A stretch of 6,185 bases of DNA from a virus. Below are positions 3,983 through 6,185 of this stretch, one piece after another. The notes below the pieces were generated by a model. The model made no database searches, was not told the DNA's origin, and worked only from the letters and a program-made list of their open reading frames with translations. The stretch is from positions 1 through 6,185 of the IMG/VR virus record IMGVR_UViG_3300045988_042857; one strand, written 5' to 3'. The translations under genes were made by a program, and so were the position numbers. Numbering within the stretch: the first letter of the stretch is position 1; every line of letters starts with the position of its first letter.

Positions 3983-5675
3983 CGAAAGACATTTTAACCA
4001 AATTCCGAAGATGAAAGCAAGCCGAACGCGGTTTAATCGAGACCAGACGATTCTAACAACGTTTGACGCGGGAAAACTGATTCCGTTTTACGTGGATGAA
4101 GTCCTACCGGGTGACACATTCAGCGTTGACACGCTGGCCATCATCCGTATGACAACACCCAAATACCCGGTGATGGACGATAGCTTTATCGACTTTTATT
4201 ACTTCTTCTGTCCTGATAGAATTCTGTGGGATAACTTCAAACATTTCATGGGCGAAGTAGAGGAAACGCCGTGGATGCCGGCAAAGAATTACACGGTGCC
4301 GCAAATCAAAGTCAATGGCACGGACGTAAAACCCGAACCGGACGAAAAGTCTATTTTGGACTACATGGGCGTACCTACGAAAATTAAAAAGCCTTTCACC
4401 ATAAACGCACTGCCTATCAGAGCATATGTAAAAATCTGGAACGAATTTTTTAGAGATGAAAACGTAGAAAACGCGGCAGTCCTGAAAAGTGACGATGCAG
4501 ACGTAACATATACCATGAGCACAGGCGAAGAAGACACCCTGGAAAAAGAGCTGCAGGAAGCAGTAACAGGGGGCAATCTCTTACCGGTAAACAAATTCCA
4601 TGATTATTTCACGAGCTGTTTACCATCTCCGCAGCGTGGGCCGGAAGTGACAATCCCGATGCTGGGCGCGGCACCGGTAAGACCATACCTCATCGGAAAC
4701 AAAGGAACGGGAATTTGGGGATACAACGTGCCTGTAACGAGCTACGGAACAGGGACCGAAAGATATGAAGGACCGCTTTACGCGGGACAAGTGACCGATG
4801 GAAAATACGCTCTAGTAACGGGAGTGGACGAAGCTTTTAAATGGCACGGAATCGAAGATGGAAAAACCGTAAACTCAGGAAATGCAGCATTTGCAGCAGA
4901 CTTAAGCAGCGTAACAGCTGCAACCATAAACCAGTTAAGGCAGGCCATCAGCGTACAACAGTACTATGAGGCGCTGGCACGTGGCGGCTCCAGGTATCGT
5001 GAACAGGTACAGGCGATTTGGGACGTTATCATTTCGGATAAAACCGTACAAGTGCCTGAATATCTGGGCGGTGGACGCTATCACGTCAACATTAACCAAA
5101 TCGTGCAAACCAGCGGACAACAGAAAGCAGCAGATACGCCAATCGGTGAAACCGGCGCAATGTCTGTTACACCCATCAACGAAAGTTCCTTTACAAAGTC
5201 GTTCGAAGAGCACGGTTTTATAATTGGCGTTGCATGTGTGAGACACAATCGCAGCTATCAGCAGGGCCTTGAGCGATTTTGGAGCAGACAGGACCGACTG
5301 GACTATTACGTGCCGCAGTTTGCAAATCTGGGCGAGCAGCCGGTAAAAAAGAAGGAAATCATGCTCACAGGCGATACGACCGATGATGAAACATTCGGCT
5401 ATCAGGAAGCATGGGCAGACTACCGGATGAAACCGAACCGGGTTAGTGGTCTTATGAGAAGCAACGCAGAAGGAACGTTAGATTTCTGGCACTATGCCGA
5501 CAACTACGAGAAAGTTCCTACACTGTCGCAGGAATGGATGGAAGAAGGCAAAGCGGAAATTGCAAGAACGCTAATTGAGCAGACAGAGCCGCAGTTTTTC
5601 GGAGCAATCCGCGTGGCAAACAAAACCACGCGCAGAATGCCGCTTTACAGCGTGCCGGGCCTGTATAAGCTGTAA
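3969..5675 (+). CDS. VP1: Major capsid protein VP1 (Microviridae F-protein family)
   Basis: 568 aa. The N-terminus HFNQIPKMKASRTRFNRDQTILTTFDAGKLIPFYVDEVLPGDTF and the later ATINQLRQAISVQQYYEALARGGSRYREQVQAIW are hallmark microvirus capsid motifs. The GTG start at 3969 lies 9 nt after SD AAGGAAGGAG. A large variable insertion at roughly aa 230-310 is consistent with the gokushovirus surface loop. Confidence 0.97.
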   Translation: MNRNNERHFNQIPKMKASRTRFNRDQTILTTFDAGKLIPFYVDEVLPGDTFSVDTLAIIRMTTPKYPVMDDSFIDFYYFFCPDRILWDNFKHFMGEVEETPWMPAKNYTVPQIKVNGTDVKPEPDEKSILDYMGVPTKIKKPFTINALPIRAYVKIWNEFFRDENVENAAVLKSDDADVTYTMSTGEEDTLEKELQEAVTGGNLLPVNKFHDYFTSCLPSPQRGPEVTIPMLGAAPVRPYLIGNKGTGIWGYNVPVTSYGTGTERYEGPLYAGQVTDGKYALVTGVDEAFKWHGIEDGKTVNSGNAAFAADLSSVTAATINQLRQAISVQQYYEALARGGSRYREQVQAIWDVIISDKTVQVPEYLGGGRYHVNINQIVQTSGQQKAADTPIGETGAMSVTPINESSFTKSFEEHGFIIGVACVRHNRSYQQGLERFWSRQDRLDYYVPQFANLGEQPVKKKEIMLTGDTTDDETFGYQEAWADYRMKPNRVSGLMRSNAEGTLDFWHYADNYEKVPTLSQEWMEEGKAEIARTLIEQTEPQFFGAIRVANKTTRRMPLYSVPGLYKL

Positions 5676-5685
5676 GAAAGGAGGA

Positions 5686-5711
5686 AGCCCGGAGAAATCC
5701 GGGCTATTTTA
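5686..5711 (+). terminator. Hairpin between VP1 and VP2 (leaky terminator and/or SD-bridging structure)
   Basis: AGCCCGGA (5686-5693), GAAA loop, TCCGGGCT (5698-5705), then ATTTTA. It is flanked upstream by AAAGGAGGA (5677-5685) and downstream by ATG 5714. Confidence 0.6.
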
Positions 5712-5713
5712 AA

Positions 5714-6185
5714 ATGGCATTATCACTATTAGGAGCGCTGGGAACAATAGGAAAAGTGGCCGGAACAGTCGGAACCATAGGAAATGCAATAGGTTCATTA
5801 GGAAATGCATTCGGTGCATGGGGTCAGGTAGGACAGAGCCAAAGTCAGGGAGGAAGCACACAGCAGGGCGGCGGGCACAGCCAGAGCATGAGCAAATCCG
5901 GAACGAATGACGAACAAGTTATGGAATATCTGAAAGGAGCATACCAATACCAGAACGCAGAAGGAGCACGACAGAGCCAGTTCAACCAGAGTTCCATGCT
6001 GCAACAGATGGGCTATAACACTCTGGGCGCAATCATGCAGGGCGTATATAACCACATCGAAAACGCTACAGCGATGAATTTCAACAGCACAGAAGCTATG
6101 AAAAACAGAGAATGGCAGGAACACATGTCAAACACGGCCTATCAAAGGGCCGTAGAGGACATGAAAAAAGCAGGCCTTAATCCTA
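5714..6185 (+). CDS. VP2: DNA pilot / minor capsid protein VP2, N-terminal part (open at the window end; continues at 1-447)
   Basis: ATG 5714 is the first start after the in-frame stop at 5666. The N-terminus is glycine-zipper-like, MALSLLGALGTIGKVAGTVGTIGNAIGSLGNAFGAWG, followed by a Q/S/N-rich region. No stop occurs before the window end. NTAYQRAVEDMKKAGLNP at 6131-6185 duplicates 1-55. Confidence 0.88.
   Translation, partial: MALSLLGALGTIGKVAGTVGTIGNAIGSLGNAFGAWGQVGQSQSQGGSTQQGGGHSQSMSKSGTNDEQVMEYLKGAYQYQNAEGARQSQFNQSSMLQQMGYNTLGAIMQGVYNHIENATAMNFNSTEAMKNREWQEHMSNTAYQRAVEDMKKAGLNP
6131..6185. repeat. Terminal redundancy copy 2
   Basis: Identical to 1-55. Confidence 0.97.

Larger units (their letters stand above)
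1..6130 (+). other. Complete circular Microviridae (gokushovirus-like) ssDNA phage genome unit, 6130 nt, linearised inside the VP2 gene
   Basis: Exact 55-nt terminal redundancy (1-55 = 6131-6185). An ORF open at the window end continues in frame at position 1. The gene set is VP1/VP2/VP3/VP4 plus a J-like protein, all on one strand. The size is typical for Microviridae. Confidence 0.9.

Noticed and set aside
4011-4013. ATG 4011 as the VP1 start
   Set aside because: No SD is present, and it would remove the conserved N-terminal HFNQIP segment. GTG 3969 has a strong SD.
4966-5223. 85-aa + strand ORF embedded out of frame in VP1 (possible E-like lysis gene)
   Set aside because: No SD and no hydrophobic or TM segment, as would be required of an E-like lysis protein. 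It lies in the most conserved part of VP1, where an overlapping frame would be strongly constrained. I treat it as chance.
2240-6124. Other minus-strand ORFs (2240-2575, 2553-2936, 3244-3714, 3507-3776, 4104-4304, 4361-4594, 4935-5246, 5798-6124)
   Set aside because: All lie antisense to supported + strand genes and lack ribosome binding sites and motifs. Microvirus transcription is unidirectional.

Overview
The window is one complete, circularly permuted genome of a small ssDNA phage of the family Microviridae, gokushovirus-like with no spike gene. The first 55 nt (1-55) are repeated exactly at 6131-6185, so the unit length is 6130 nt, and the window is linearised inside the VP2 (DNA pilot) gene. 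All credible genes are on the + strand. The conserved core is VP2 (5714-6185 joined to 1-447), the HUH rolling-circle Rep VP4 (451-1470), a small arginine/lysine-rich J/ORF8-like protein (3132-3254), a VP5-like nonstructural protein (3352-3591), the internal scaffold VP3 (3584-3982) and the major capsid protein VP1 (3969-5675, GTG start). Two parts are not ordinary microvirus content. (1) A 514-nt non-coding region (1471-1984) lies directly downstream of rep. In order it holds a 12-bp terminator hairpin, a duplicated alternating CG/CA (Z-DNA-prone) 20-mer, an AT-rich element, an array of at least 7 exact and about 6 degenerate GTTGAAA iteron-like heptamers, a cluster of GC-rich and partly mutually exclusive stem-loops, and a consensus sigma70/sigmaA promoter. 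(2) An accessory module (1985-3340) of small unrecognised ORFs surrounds a zinc peptidase M15 (PF08291-like) cell-wall hydrolase with its own perfect TTGACA-17-TATAAT promoter. It also contains a possible 29-aa hydrophobic mini-ORF. Strong Shine-Dalgarno sites before nearly every gene, together with the consensus promoters, argue against a Bacteroidetes host and fit a Firmicutes-like or proteobacterial one. No database search was possible, so all homology calls rest on motifs I recognise in the translations.
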